Below the pieces are notes generated by a model. It searched no databases. It was not told the origin of the DNA and was given only the letters and a program-made list of their open reading frames with translations. 64,000 nucleotides of DNA from assembly GCF_009914755.1 (NCBI RefSeq), contig NC_060927.1. The stretch is one strand, 5' to 3'. This DNA is from the human T2T-CHM13v2.0 reference genome, Homo sapiens. Positions 1 to 14,190 of the stretch are shown one piece after another; position 1 is the first letter of the stretch; each line of letters opens with the position of its first letter. Both the position numbers and the translations under genes were made by a program.

Positions 1-769
1 AGAACACATTTCCCTTTGGGTCACATTACGATCTCACATGTTATCATGTATTTTGATATCCAATGTAAACGAATTTTTCAAAGGATATGTTGCAAAACTG
101 CCAACAGTGAGATTCAGAAAAGCAGTTGAGGATGTACATTATTCTTAAAAGAAGGCTTTCATTAGGATGGTTGCATGAAATTTTTCATATTGGCCACTTC
201 TTTAGGAGAAATCACCCTTGATTCTTCTGAAAGAGACCTTTGACATTTCACTTGTATTTTCCTTCATAGATGAACACATTGAGTTTCTGTGATGGCCTGG
301 TAGCCTTTGGACATCAGACTTGTCTGTTTTCTGCTCTAGAATTGGCCTGCTCTGTGACTTCAGGTAAAGTGACTGCCTCCTCTGTGCCATAGGCGCTCCA
401 TTAGCCACCTGTGTGCATTGCAGTGTTAAATCAACAATTCTTTAAAAGCTGCATGATATCCACAAAGATGGTGGGTGTGTGTTGGGGTGGTGGAAGACAC
501 TATAGAAGTTATTCTCATTCATTATAAAGAAGTGAGGGGGTTTGGACATTATTTGGTAAGAAGATAGCCTTGTGTAGACTATACTACTCATGCATGTCAA
601 GTTACTAAGTCCTCATTAAGATCTATTTATGTATTCATTCATTTACTTTAGAATTGTCAACCACTTATGTTGCCCAGCTGTCAAAAGACAGCCACCCTTG
701 GTGGAGGGCATGTGATTGCATAAGGAAGGTTTTGCATCACATTCTTTTGGCCACTGAAAATGTCAAGGG

Positions 770-1128
770 TCTTTAGGATCAAAACTGGTCCAACTGGAGT
801 GAATCTCTAAACTGAGGTGGGAACTACCAGAAAAGAGGCTCATTGTTTCCTCCTGGATTTGACATCAGGAGCAGCTGCTGTTGACTGTCCTGACACTCCA
901 GGAGACACTTCCCAAGAACAGGAGAAGCTGGGCTCAGGAACATAGACAGAAATGAGATCCTAATGACGGGGTCAGAGGCCTGACTCCAAATGTGCCTGAA
1001 AGCCAATCTATTGATGGCTTTTTCAGTTTTGTAAGCCAGTTAGTCTGCTCTCTCATACCTGCTTTCTGGCCTGTGCTGGCTTGGGTTGGGTTGTCTTTGG
1101 CTTGTAATAGAAAGAGTCCTATTTAATA
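770..1128 (+). mobile_element. Old MaLR solo LTR (MLT1J/K/L-like)
   Basis: 3' end 'gggttgtctttggcttgtaatagaaagagtcctatttaata' resembles the MLT1J/K/L terminus; 5' boundary uncertain. Confidence 0.6.
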
Positions 1129-1359
1129 TTAAAACCAGTTATTTATGAGATCTTGGGGGTAACTTAGCAACTCTGAGCTTCAATTTTCTCATCTGTAAAA
1201 TGGGGATAACTAATTTTTTTTAATTTATTTATTTTGTTTTTGTTTTTCAAGTTTTCTCTTTTTTTAATAAAAAGGGGGATAATTTATAATGTGTAGTTTT
1301 ATTGTGATAATTAGAAATAATACTAGTATATAGTAATACGTGAAGAAAACCAAATGCTT

Positions 1360-2155
1360 TTCAAATGTCATCTTCCTAGAGAGGGATCCCCGACCCTCCT
1401 ATTTAAAATTTCTAAGCCTCAACCCTCTCCATCTCCATAAGCCTGCTTTATGCTTGTAGCATTTATTTTCTATCTGTGGCAAAGTGATTTCTTTAATGGT
1501 CCCAACTAATGGCTTCCCTGTAACTGCATCTTTTGTCCTGTAACTTTATAGACTATTGCCTCTCTGGAGCTGGACTCCATCATGTGACTTTCTTTGGCCA
1601 ATGAGATGTTAGCAACCATGATGTAAGCAAACACTTGAAAAGCATGTGTACATTTCCGTTTGCCTTCTTGCAGGATTGGGTTGTTTGCCTTTGTCCCTGT
1701 CTGACCATGGGAACATGACTGGGCTAGCTGGCTGGAGGGATAGGAGAGAGACATGGACCAGAATGGCCTAGTTTTGTCCAGCTGACCCCAGATGTATGAG
1801 CCCTCAGTTGCAACTTCGCCAGCTGCCTTCCAGACCTGGGAGCAAACCCAGCTGAGACCAGAAGAACTGTCCAGCCTAAATCACTGATTTACAGAATCAG
1901 GAGCTAAATAAATGATTATTGTTTTAAGCCACTGAAATTTGGGGTGGTTCGCTATATAGCACAGGCTACCTGATATGCTAACATACCATCTAATTTACTT
2001 ACTTGTTACGTGTAGTCTCTCTCTCCCCCAACTAGACTGTGAGTCCCAAGAGGGTTGAGATTTTTGCCTGTGTTATTCAGAGCCATGCCCAGTGCCTAGA
2101 ACAGAGCCTTACACACAGTAGGTACTTGATAAATACTTCTTGAATATTAAATGAA
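1360..2155 (+). mobile_element. L2 3' fragment split by an MLT1 LTR
   Basis: 'tcaaatgtcatcttcctagagagg' and 'actagactgtgagtccc...cagtgcctagaacag...taaatacttcttgaat' are typical L2 3' end sequence. Confidence 0.75.
1475..1977 (+). mobile_element. MaLR solo LTR (MLT1F-like)
   Basis: Starts tgtggc and ends 'ttttaagccactgaaatttggggtggt...ctgatatg'; degenerate 5-bp TSD ctatc/ctaac. Confidence 0.8.
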
Positions 2156-3269
2156 TAACATATAAAGTACCCTACAAAATGGCACTTGGGTTGATGTTTA
2201 ACAAATAGTGGCTAATATAATCATAAGGTTAAACATTTTTATGCCAGAACCAACATTTTTTTTTTTTTCATCAGGGTCTTCTGTTATTTTGCCCAAGGAC
2301 ATTGTTCAAAACATGGGAAAAATACAAGTGACCCTCTCTTGGATACATGTTGGTAGATGGGGGTTGGCAATAATGTCAGATAAGAAACTTAATTATTTTT
2401 CTTTCTAAATTGACTTGGGACTGTGGGCATTGTGGAGACATAGCCTCAGTCTCTTCATTTATTGGTTCTCTATGTACCTCCCTAGCAGCCCCAGTGGGTG
2501 CAGCAGGGCTGATATTTATGTGTGTACATAGAGCAAAAGAGAGATTATTTCCGCTAAGAGGCCACATATATAGCATATATATTATAGCATATATAATTTT
2601 CTTTCAAAATCATCATCACATTTGAAGTAATTAATTAGTTACCAGGTTATCTGTTTTATTTCTGTCTTCTGAACCAGGCTATATGCTCCATAAAGGAAGG
2701 GATCACTTCTATTTTACTCATTATTATACCCTCATCATCCAGCACGGTGCAAGTGTTCAAATATATTTGTTGAATAAATGAACCATGCCCCTGTTCATTT
2801 TAAGAATGTAACCTACTTGAACTGAAGGGCTATGTCTTTCTATGAACATGGTGTGAACTTGGCATTGTGGTAGCAGTTCACGTGTGTGCAATCGCTCTCA
2901 TTTTTAGGCAAATAACAAGTACATTTTATTGAACCCTTACTACGTGCCAGATACTGTTCTAAGCACACGGTGTACTAACTCACTGTGGAGGTAAATATTG
3001 TAATAAGTGCCATTTTACAGAAGAGGAATTTAAAACACAGTGCACCCCTCTTGGAATATTGTGTTGTACCTTGGGTAAGTCATGCTCCCTCTAAACGTCT
3101 GTCCCTCATCTATAAAATAAGAAGGTCAGGTTGGTTAGAGTAACTTTTCCTTCTATGTGTTCTAAGAAGAGCTATAATTCTGATATGTTCTGGGAAAATA
3201 AAGGCTTTTGTGGTGAGAAGAATTGTGTTCCATACCACATCCCTCTGGTTTACATTATTTCAGTGTAGC

Positions 3270-4079
3270 CATGTGGAAAGTTCCATGCATGTTCCCAGAG
3301 TTCTTTGTCAAATGCTTCTTTTGGCATCTCTTTGCTGCCTCAGAGCTTTCTCCAAAGACATGGAGAGCAGCTCCACCAGTGTCTTAGCCTGTTTTCTGCT
3401 GCTATAACAGAATACCATAGACTGGGTAATTTATGAAGGATATAAATTTCTTTGCCTCATGGTTCTGAAGGCTGGGAAGTACAAGAGCATGGGACTGGCA
3501 AATGGTGAGGGCCTCTGTGCTGCATTACCTCATGGCAGAAGGCAGAAAGGCGAACAAGTGCATGAGATATCGGAAGGAAGACAAACTAATTCTTTAATCA
3601 GGAACCCACTCCTGTAATAACTCACTCACTTCTGCAATAATGGCATTAATCCATTAATGAGGGTATAGCCCTCATGACCTAATCACCTCTTAAAACTTTA
3701 AAATAGCAATTAAATTCCAACACGAGTTTGGGAGGGGACACTCAAACCATAGCATGTAGCTGTAACCCAGGAAGTGCAGGGCACTTAACTTCTTAGGGGC
3801 AACCTATAACCAACAGAGAATGTAAGCCCTGGTTGCTTCGCCTTTTAGTGGCACAATTTTTACGTATTTTTTATATGGTCCTTCTTAGATTTTCCAGCAA
3901 TACTGATTTCTACTTGATCACCGTGGAAACCAGCCCATTATGCACTTTTATTGCCTTTTGTTTTTTCTTTTCATACTTTCCACCCCCTCATTTCTGATCA
4001 CTGGAATCAACTCCCAAATAAACTACACTTGATACCAAGCTTTTGTCTCTGCTTTTGGGAGAATCTAAATTAAGTTACA
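3270..4079 (+). mobile_element. ERVL solo LTR (LTR16-like), interrupted by an MST LTR
   Basis: 3' end 'ctcccaaataaactac...tctctgcttttgggagaatctaaattaagttaca'. Confidence 0.65.
3380..3754 (-). mobile_element. MaLR solo LTR (MSTB-like)
   Basis: 'tgtcttagcctgttttctgctgctataacagaataccatagactgggtaattt...ggggacactcaaaccatagca' is the reverse complement of an MST LTR. Confidence 0.85.
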
Positions 4080-4312
4080 ATGTCAAATAATTTGGGGAAA
4101 CACTATATGCTTGTTCTTCTCTCAGACATTCACGATACACACCAACACAGTCAAGGCTCTCAGTAGTCCTGTTGCAAACTAACCTGTCCATCCAGCTTTC
4201 TTCAGCTCAGGCTTTCCCAGACTTCACTGCCCGCGAACATTTTTTTATCCCTAACATCTTTCAAGGTACCCTGGAGTAGGTGTTCCATGAAATATGCTTT
4301 GAGAAATGTTGG
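4080..4312. mobile_element. hAT-Charlie MITE remnant (MER103/Charlie4z-like)
   Basis: 'tcaaataatttggggaaacac...aaggctct...tgttccatgaaatatgctttgagaaatgttgg'; a related copy lies at 53.25-53.53 kb. Confidence 0.55.
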
Positions 4313-5154
4313 CTGGTGTAGTCTCAAGGGTCTTGTCCCTTATTATTATTCTGGATGGATCCAGTAGCTTTAGCTGCCATTCCCTGGCATGGAGCCAACA
4401 GCCAAATAGAACTCTCTGGATGGTAGATTTCTCAGTGCCAGGGAGCAGGACCTTCAGACAAGGTCTCTCCAAAAGTGGGAAACCTTTTTTTTTTTTTTGA
4501 AAACCTTTTTTGAAAACCTTTTCTCTTAGAAAAAGGGCTCTTCCCCTTTTCTTCATGAGATGATCAGACTCTGCGGGGGGCCAGGAATGTTTGGCTGGCT
4601 GGGCTGGGAGTGCAGCTGTGGGCATCCTGAGAAAAAGCTTCACTTTTGGATGACGCAGGAGCCTGGATGAGATGAACAGGAAATGTTTGCCAACCAGCCT
4701 GCCTGCCCGCACTCTCTTGCTAACAAGCAACCATGGGAGAATTTAACTGGCATGTGTCCAGGGAGGATAATTATTTCCTACAGTAGTATACAGAAGGGCA
4801 CCTGGGAGACCCAGTGATTACAGGGGCAGGAGGATGTGCATGGAAGCCTGGGGCTTGGGGTCTGTGGCCTCCCAGTGGGGGCTGGTTGGTGGGAGTGAAG
4901 AGGGGTGACCAGCAGCCCATCCATCTTCCTTTCCCCCTCAAAGTCTCAAATTGAAGGAACAGTATTGGGGAGCTTGGATTTGGGGCATCGGGTTACACTT
5001 GAGGGAAATGCTTGAAAATGACATCGTTTTTAAAGAATGAAACCAGTGAAAATTATAACAATAATAATGGCGGTATCAATTTCTGAATTCTTTGTTGAAG
5101 AATGTACGCATACAGCCTTTTATCAAGTCTTTTATATTTGATGATTAGTCTGTG

Positions 5155-5377
5155 TTGGGACTTCTCAACCTCAGCACTTTTGACATTTTAGGCAGGATGA
5201 GTCTCTGCTGTGAGGGGCTGAACTCCGCACAGCAGGCCGCTTAGCAGCATCTCTGCTCTCTCCCCACCAAATGCCATTAGCACCTCTTTCCCCTCAATTG
5301 TGACAACCAAAAATATCTTCAGACATGACCAAATGTTCCTTGGGGGTGCAACACTGGTCACGGATGGGAGCCACTGG
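5155..5377. mobile_element. MER20 (hAT-Charlie MITE)
   Basis: 'ttctcaacctcagcacttttgacatttt...ttgtgacaaccaaaaatatcttcagacat...gagccactgg'. Confidence 0.85.
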
Positions 5378-5391
5378 TCTATAATAAAGGG

Positions 5392-5985
5392 CAGTAGATT
5401 ATAACGGTTAAAGCCTAGGTTTTGAGCCAGGTTTTTTGTTTTGTTTTGTTTTGTTTTTTTGAGACGAAGTCTCACTGTTGCCCAGGCAGGAGTGCAGTGG
5501 CACAATCTTGGCTTACTGCAACCTCTGCCCCCTGGGTTCAAGTGATCCTCCAGCCTCAGCCTCCTCCCTGGTAGCTGGGACTACAGGCGTGCACCACCAC
5601 ACCCAGCTAAGTTTTGTATTTTTAGTAGAGACGGGGTTTCACTGTGTTGGGCTGGTCTCAAACTCCTCAGGCCTCCTTTGGGAGGCCACCTGCCTTGGCC
5701 TCCTGAAGTGTTGGGATTACAGGTGTGAGCCACCGCACCTGGCTTGAGTCAGGCTGTTTTGTCCAAATTCTGGTTCTACCACTTTTGTTGTGTGACCTTA
5801 GTCACACTATTTAACCTCTCTTGTGCCTCAGTTTTCTTACCTGTACAATGGAGATAATAATAGTATCTGCCTGATGGGGTTATGGTGAAGATTAAAAAGT
5901 TTAACATATATGTAAATAAATATTTTAAAGCGTTTAACACAGTCTGGCATATAGCAAGCTTTCAGTAGTGTAAACTCTTATTATT
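5392..5985 (+). mobile_element. MIR split by an Alu
   Basis: MIR core 'tgtgaccttagtcac...gtgcctcagttttcttacctgtacaatggagataataatagta'. Confidence 0.8.
5432..5744 (-). mobile_element. Alu
   Basis: Full dimer with (GTTTT)n tail; TSD tgagccagg/tgagtcagg. Confidence 0.95.
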
Positions 5986-6054
5986 ATCATAATCATCATG
6001 ATTTTTTGTTTACTCTTTGCTCCTAGACTGTAAGCTCTCTGAGTGTAAAGACTA

Positions 6055-6423
<369 letters not shown>

Positions 6424-7001
6424 TCAAGAAGAGAGGAAGGAAAGTAGGAAGAAAGGAAGAAGCTTAGCAATGGAACTTCCAGTGTCCAGATATGAGAGAG
6501 AAAGATTAAGAACCTTTCCCAGATTGCTGGCCTATGCACTGCAGTCTGAATCTAGGGCTCTCCCGGTTTCAGTCCACAACCTCAGGTGGAAGAGAGGGCA
6601 GGGGAGAGAAGCCACGCAAAACCCCAGGGGATGTGTAAAGGGGCCTAAATGCAAAACTTTAAGTAGGCATCCAGATGCATGGAGACGAGCTTGAAATTTC
6701 TTGGAGCTGGAGGTTGCAGGTGGGCTCTGTGCTAAGTAGAAATGATTGCTACAGCCTGGAAGAAGCAAGAAGCTAAGTAGGAACGTATGCTGTCTGCTTG
6801 TGCGCCAAGAAGGACTGAAGTATGGCTAAGAGTGTATTATTTACTCCTCCATTTACAAAACCCGTGAAGACCATCCATGAGCTTGGGGTAGAAGCCTTTA
6901 GATGGAGGGCTGAAGCAATGCAGTTGAAGGAGATAAGGCTTCAACTGACCACTCAGAGCAGGGTGGATCTTTAAGTGCTAGGATGCGGGAAGGCTCTAGA
7001 G

Positions 7002-7198
7002 CAGCATTGCCCAGTTGAACTTTCTGCAATAATGGAAATGTCTTGTATCTGTGTTGTCCAATATGGTAGCCACTAGCCACATGTAGCTACCAAGTATTTG
7101 AATTGTGGCTAGTGTGAAGGACTGAATTTTAAATTAAATTAAAGTAAAATTTAAATAGCTCACATGTGCCTAGTGACTACTGTATTGAACAACACAGG
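7002..7198. mobile_element. MER3 (hAT-Charlie MITE)
   Basis: 'aactttctgcaataatggaaatg...tgtccaatatggtagccactagccacatg...tattgaacaacacag'. Confidence 0.85.
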
Positions 7199-7368
7199 TC
7201 TAAAAGAAGCCATATGCCTTTAGGTCCCAGGCTCTCCAAGGACACACTGAGAGATGGTGGGCTCACTGCTCTCCTGGAAAATGATTAGGCATAAATCCCT
7301 ATTACTTCTCACCCATAATCACGTGCCAGACAGGCTAACTGGTGCCCTGTTCCAGACCAACCGACCTA

Positions 7369-7618
7369 CCTTCCTTCCTTCCTTCTTTTCTTTCTTTCTC
7401 TTTCTTTCCTTCCTTCCTTTCTCTCTTTCCTTCCTTCCTTTTCTTTCTTTCTCTTTCTCTTTCTTTCCTTCCTTTCTCTCTTTCTCTTTCCTTCCTTCCT
7501 TTTCTCTCTCTTTCTCTTTCTTTCCTTCCTTCCTTTCTCTCTCTCTTTCCTTCCTTCCTCCCTCCCTCCCTCTCTCCCTCCCTCTCTCCCTCCCTCTCTC
7601 TCTCTCCTTCCTTCCTTC

Positions 7619-7669
<51 letters not shown>

Positions 7670-7694
7670 TTTTCTTTCTTTCTTTCTTTCTTTC
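7369..7694. repeat. 326-nt pure polypyrimidine compound microsatellite (CCTT/CTTT/CT)n
   Basis: No purine on the + strand from 7369 to 7694; occupies the tail position of the adjacent minus-strand Alu. Confidence 0.97.
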
Positions 7695-7957
7695 AGGGTC
7701 TCACTTTGTTGCCCAGGCTGGAGTGCAGTAGCATGATCATGGCTCACTGCAACCTCAACCTCCCAGTCTCCTGCCTCAGCCTGTCAAGTAGCTGGGACTA
7801 CAGGCATATGCCACCATGCCTGGCTAACTTTAGTTTTTGTAGACACGGGGTCTCCCTATGTTTCCCAGGCTGGTCTTGAACTCCTGGGCTCAAGCAATCC
7901 TCCCACCTTGGCCTCCCAAAGCACCAGGATTACAGGCATGAGCCACTGAAACTGGCC
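7695..7957 (-). mobile_element. Alu (J-type)
   Basis: 'cagggtctcactttgttgcccagg...ctcctgggctcaagcaatcctccc'. Confidence 0.93.
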
Positions 7958-8419
7958 CCATTCTACTTTCTTAGGCCACTAGTAACCTAGTGTGAGGGGA
8001 GGGTAAGAGAGAAACAGAGGCAACAACAACGATGATGGCAATTACTACATTACTGTTACTGACTACAATCAACAGCATTTGAGGAGAACTGAGTATGTGC
8101 CAAGTACTAAGCATTTCACATGGACCGTCACTCATTGGCTAAGTCCAGTCATTATTGTTGTCTTCAGACAGAGAAACTGAAGTACCAAGCCATTAAGAAA
8201 TATGTGCAACAGTGCACTGTCAAGCTAGGATGCTACGTAATTAGAAATGAGGACTCTGGAATTAGGCTAACAACATTAGTGACTTAGAATCTTTTTGGAG
8301 AAGGGATCTATAAGAAAGTGTTAACACTGGCTACTTTTGCAAAGAAGGCCTAGGAGTTGACATGGGGGGTAGAAGAAATTTTTCCTTTTTCTGTATTTAA
8401 ATGTTTCTGTATTATACGA

Positions 8420-8422
<3 letters not shown>

Positions 8423-8458
<36 letters not shown>
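8423..8458 (+). repeat. Poly(A)36
   Basis: Uninterrupted A run. Confidence 0.97.
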
Positions 8459-8460
<2 letters not shown>

Positions 8461-8743
8461 CCAGTGTGTACATAATATTTTAGTAAACGAAAAACTTATC
8501 AGGGCTCATCTTGTCATTGAGGGTATAGGCCTTTTAATTTTTATTGTTTTCTGTATTAGAGCAGCCAAATTAAGATGGAGAGAGCTCACTTTGTGCGTTT
8601 GGCCACAGTGGATCATGCTCAGTGCTCCTGGTGACTTTGTGGGTTTGCATTTTTTCCCTCTGAAGATGAGGCTCAGCGAGGAACCCAGGGCAGACAATCC
8701 CATTTATACCACAGCAGGTTCCTAGATGTTTTGACGTTGGATA

Positions 8744-8852
8744 CAAGGTGATAAACTATCCTGGTTTGCCCAGGACTGACAGGTTTTCTAGGACATGACA
8801 CTTCCAGTGCCCAAACTGGGAAAGTCCTGGGAAAACCTGGCGGAATTGCTGG
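8744..8852. mobile_element. MER94-like hAT-Blackjack MITE
   Basis: 'tcctggtttgcccaggactga...aaactgggaaagtcctgggaaaacc'. Confidence 0.75.
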
Positions 8853-9060
8853 TGCTGCTTGGAATGGGAAAAGGTGACACTCGATGGAGACTCCAACCCA
8901 CACAGCTCCAGTAGCAAAAGAGCAGAGTCCTAGTAGCCTAGTACTCAGGTGGACAAGGGGATTGCCAAACCAAGGACATGCCTTATCTCCCCGGCATTGC
9001 TTGTTTTATACTTAGACTCTCAAAGACAGAGCAGACTGAGGAAATACCATCAACACCAGG

Positions 9061-9640
9061 CAGGGCTGCATGTGACTTTCAAGGGCCCAAGGACCTCACG
9101 TCTTCATAAGCCCCTTCCTTTATTTAAAAAAAAACTTAAAAATTACACTGAAGACTGCATTTGTATAAAGAGGAATATAATCCAGTCTGAATTTATTATT
9201 ATAGATCTATTATTATTATGTTCATTTTTCTTCCTTTTTTTTTTTGAGACGAGGCCTCACTCGGTTATCCAGGCTGGAGTGCAGTAGTGTGATCATGGCT
9301 CACTGCAGCCTGAACCACCTGGACTCAGGTGATCCTCCTACCTCAGCCTCCCGAGTAGCTGGGACCACAAGTGCATGCCACCACACCCAGTTAATTTTTG
9401 AATTTTTTGGTAGAGATGGGGTTTCACTATGTTTCCCAGGCTGGTCTCAAACTCCTGGGCTCAAGCAATCTGCCCGCCTTGGCCTCCCGAAGTGCTAGGA
9501 TTACAGGTGTGAGCTACCACACCCGGTCATTCTTCCAGTTTTAAAAGAAATTAAAATGAAAATGCTTTCATAAGCCTTTAAAAGTATCATGGGCCCTGGG
9601 CATTGTGTCTGCTGTACCTATAATGGGCAAGCTGGCTCTG
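9061..9640 (-). mobile_element. ORSL-like hAT-Tip100 element split by an Alu
   Basis: 'cagggctgcatgtgactttcaagggccc...tataatccagtctgaattt' then, after the Alu, 'aaaagtatcatgggccctgggcattgtgtct...ctggctctg'. Confidence 0.7.
9235..9528 (-). mobile_element. Alu (J-type)
   Basis: Full dimer with J-type diagnostics. Confidence 0.95.
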
Positions 9641-9692
9641 GTTCCAAAGCTCGAAAGAGAGGCTGGGGAAAGAGGAAGTTTGGAAGCATCAA

Positions 9693-10165
9693 GGTTGGGG
9701 GTTCCTAACTTAGATAAACTTGCATGGGAAAAATGTTCTCAATTTTCTACAATCTCTAACTAGAATTAAACATTTCATTCCATTATGACTGTAGGCAAAA
9801 AAACCATAACTGCATTGACAGCACATGCTACTCAGTCACCAGTAGAAATGACTGGTATTTTCAGATCAGAGTGGTACATGTCTAAAACAGCATTTTTTCT
9901 CATCCTTTCTTCAAAATTATGGTAGTTATTAGACTGGCTGCTAGATCATGCTATAGGATGTATTACCAAAGAAGTTCATATGTTATTATAATTATGATTT
10001 TAAAATTTAAATACTGTGCTTTAATATAATTTTTTCTTTTATAGTTCTGTATATGTTGTTTTATGCATTTCAAAAGCTTCAAGGTTTTGAACTGAGAAGG
10101 GGTCCCCAGGCTTCAGCAGACTGGTGAAAAGTTCACACCCAGGAAATGGTGGAGAAAACCACACT
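9693..10165. mobile_element. hAT-Charlie element (MER113-like)
   Basis: 'gggggttcctaactt...ctgagaaggggtccccaggcttcagcagactg...ggtggagaaaaccac'. Confidence 0.6.
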
Positions 10166-10539
10166 AAGTGTCTAGAGTTCATAAATGGGGCCCTTCCCTT
10201 ATTTTCATCCCTCCAAATGGTAAGGAGGAGATTCTTACACAGCTCTGCCCATCTGCAAGAAAAGCCCAGGATAGGGTTAAAGAATTGCTGGTAGAGCTTA
10301 AAGTTTCACCCCAGGTGTGCAGCCTAATAAGGTGCTAATTGGAAACCAGGTGAGCAGAGGGTGGAAGCCCAGATGCTTGCCTTGGGTGTTTTTTTCCTTG
10401 AGGCTTGGTTGTTGTCAGAACAGTATCAACCCTCTTCCGGGCGGAAACAGGCTGAGTGCCTCCCTCTGCCATGCTTCTTTGCAGAAAATTCCACTGTTGT
10501 GGTCCTAGGGTAGGCCTGGATTTTTAGTTTAATATGTCT

Positions 10540-10770
10540 CATTTACTTACATTTGTTCTTGAGCACTGAGCACTTCCTGTGTGCCACGCAGTTTGCTCAG
10601 TGCATTAATGCATTATCTCATTCAGGCCTCACAACCACTCCACGGGGAAGGTATTCTTGTTATTTCTATATTTATATATGAGGCAATAGAGGGAGGCTCA
10701 ATGCAACAAGTGATTTGCCTAAATCCACACAGGCAGCAAGTGGTGCGTTGGGATCTGAACTTGATCTCAT
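10540..10770 (-). mobile_element. MIR
   Basis: 'gagcacttcctgtgtgcca...tctcattcaggcctcacaaccac...gtgatttgcctaaatccacacag'. Confidence 0.75.
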
Positions 10771-10837
10771 TCTTCCAAAAGTCTCTTTCCCTTAAACTTT
10801 TGGTTTGCTTGTTGTTTTGTTTTCCTTTAACAGAACT

Positions 10838-11437
<600 letters not shown>

Positions 11438-13450
11438 TCAACAGAACTCTTAATTTTAAGGATGTAGCACATCTCAGACACTTCAGCTGATAGGCAGTTA
11501 TCACGAGCTTATAAAGAAGGGGCTTAATAGAAGATAAAATGTGACTATACCAACATGGTGGGGCCCTAGAATTCCAAGCCTCCTGGAGTGGAGGACGGTC
11601 TTCCTCCTCATACTCAAGCTTTGTTGCTCTGTGATAATCATAAAGGCTGACATTAAGCAGGTCTTATGTGTGTTTTGGTGGGGTGCTGAGGTGAAGAGAA
11701 AAAAACTATCCTCTTGAGGTAAAGGTCATGAAACTCCAACACATATATCCTTGAATTTTTAATTAAAAAGTTAAGAGAAAAAAAGTCACTTCTCTTTTCC
11801 CTGTTACTGCTTGGTTACATTCCAGTCTTCCACTTATGGAACTTTGAGAGAAGTAGCTGGTTTTAATGTGGGACACCATAGGTTGGGTGGGTTTGCCATC
11901 AGAATTGCTCTATGCTGGGTCTGGGGTCAGCTTCTCTCCATCTTATCTTCAACCACCCAGAAAGGTCAATGCTCAGATGCAACGACTCCTCAAGACACCT
12001 ACCCTTTGTCACCATCTGTTTATATCCCAAGGAAAGATTTGATGTTGCAAAATCCTGAAATTTAGAGCAAGCAGAGCAAGGAACAATCCATTCCTTGTTT
12101 TAAATCAAGTTGTCATAATCCAAAGGCAAGCTCCAACTTTAATAACAAACACCCAGTGTTATGACATTTTACCTTTTCCAACTATTTATGTAGGCCCAAA
12201 TATTGTGTTTAAATTTCAAACTATACAGTTAACATAAAACAGTCCACTTTCTTAAATACAGTAAAAATAAAGCTAGTGATGCCAATTTCGTTTCCCTTTT
12301 AGGCCTCATTCTTTAAATAGATCATTCATTCAACGAATGTCTGTTGAATGCTCAGTGTCAGACACCGTGCTTGGCACAGCATACCCCCAAATTAACCAGC
12401 ATTAGTTCTTGTGCTCTGAGCACCATAGAGAAACAGGAAGAAAACAATGGCAGCCGCTCTTCAAATGACCTATGCTTTTCCATCTCCAATGTCCAAAGAA
12501 GTATCAGAGATGATCTGCATTTCCTTTTCAGTCCTCTCCAAGCCCTGTCCTCCCAAACCAAGTCATAATGAGATCTAAAAGCTGCAGGGTCTCAAACATC
12601 ACGAGAGTAAAGCCCAAATCACATTTGGAGTATGGTTTTTCAGCAGTTTTATGAACTCAGGCTGTGAAATGCAGGAATGAAAGTGGTGGAGAAAACAGTA
12701 TTTTTCAGTGACCCAAAGAAAGATGAAACGTATGATGCTCTGTGGACTTGGCATCCCTACTCCTCATCCCACTCTCAGATGGCAATTGGATTTTAACAAG
12801 GAGTAGGGTTTGTGGTTTGAGAAATACAGCATTTTTACTGCCTTGGGTCATATTTGAAATATTTGCAGCCGTTTAAAATAGCGTAATGTTATTTTTTCCC
12901 TTGTCTTCAAAACAAACCCAGCAAGCTTTTCTAAGTCATAATAACAAGCATAAAATTGGGACACTGGAAAACCCATGGGCAGGGCTTTGGAAAATCCATT
13001 CTCCCTCAGGACGGGTGTTTAGATTTGGTTGCAAAGGATCATTAGCTTCCTGGAGGCCCACCTGACCTTGAATGACTTTGGGACCCTGAAGGAAGGAGTA
13101 AGGACTCCACAGGCCACAGAATTGGGATGTCCCACCCAACTGCTCTTCAGTGCAATGATAGAAGTGTGCACAGAGGCTTTGGGACTTTCCTTTTAGCTAA
13201 GATGTCCTGTTCTGGAAATTGCTTTGAAAAAAAATCCAGAGACTCATATTTATTTAAGTGAGCAATTCCCAATACCCATTGGTTTGGAGTTCTGTCCTGT
13301 GAGCCACGCTATATGGGGCTTATCCCTGCCAAAGGGCCTCAGGTGGGGTCAAACATTGAAACAAAGAAGTGAACTGGCCTCAGATGCAAGGGTTCCCAGC
13401 TTTCCCTTTATTAGAAAAATGAAGGATAATCAATCTTTGCCGAGAAAGAA

Positions 13451-13566
<116 letters not shown>

Positions 13567-13568
13567 GC

Positions 13569-13909
13569 ACACTTACGTACCAGACAATGATGTTTGGTCA
13601 ACATGGACCACATGTATGGTGGTGGTCCCATAAGATTATAACACCATAATTTTGGTGTACCGTTTCTGTATTTAGATATATTCAGATACACAAATGCTTA
13701 CCATTGTGTTACAGTTGCTTATAGTATTCAAGACAGTAGCATGATCTACAGGTTTGTAGCTAGGAGCAGTAGGCTATGCCATATAGCTTCAGTGTGTAGC
13801 AGGCTATACCGTCCAGGTTGGTGCCGTAAGTGCATCCTAGAATGTTCACACAATAGCAAAACTGCTTTGACCAAGACATATCCCTGTTGTTAAGCAATGC
13901 ATGGATGTA
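13569..13909 (+). mobile_element. Tigger3a (TcMar-Tigger MITE)
   Basis: 'ggtggtcccataagattataa...ttaccattgtgttaca...aggtttgtagctaggagcagtaggctat...ttaagcaatgcatg'. Confidence 0.88.
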
Positions 13910-13999
13910 CATTAATCCGTGCATTAATATACAGTAAATATATAGTAATATAGTACACATAAAAGTTAATATTTCTTGAGCATCTCCTAGTCCATACCC

Positions 14000-14190
14000 C
14001 AATTAATCCTCATAACAATCCTATCAAATGTGTACTATTAGTATTCCAATTTCTTGATGGAGAAAACCGATGTGTAGGGGGATAAAGCAACTTGCCCAAG
14101 GTCACACAGCCAGGAGGCAGGGGAGCTGGGGTTTCCATCCTGGCAGCTGCCTGCGGAGAAGGAGAGAGTTCTACTGTGTGTTACCATTAC
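14000..14190 (-). mobile_element. MIR
   Basis: 'ttaatcctcataacaatcctat...aacttgcccaaggtcacacagc'. Confidence 0.8.

Noticed and set aside
7254-7747. ORFs of 129-160 aa rich in K/E/R or F/L/S
   Set aside because: Translations of the pyrimidine microsatellite, which lacks stop codons
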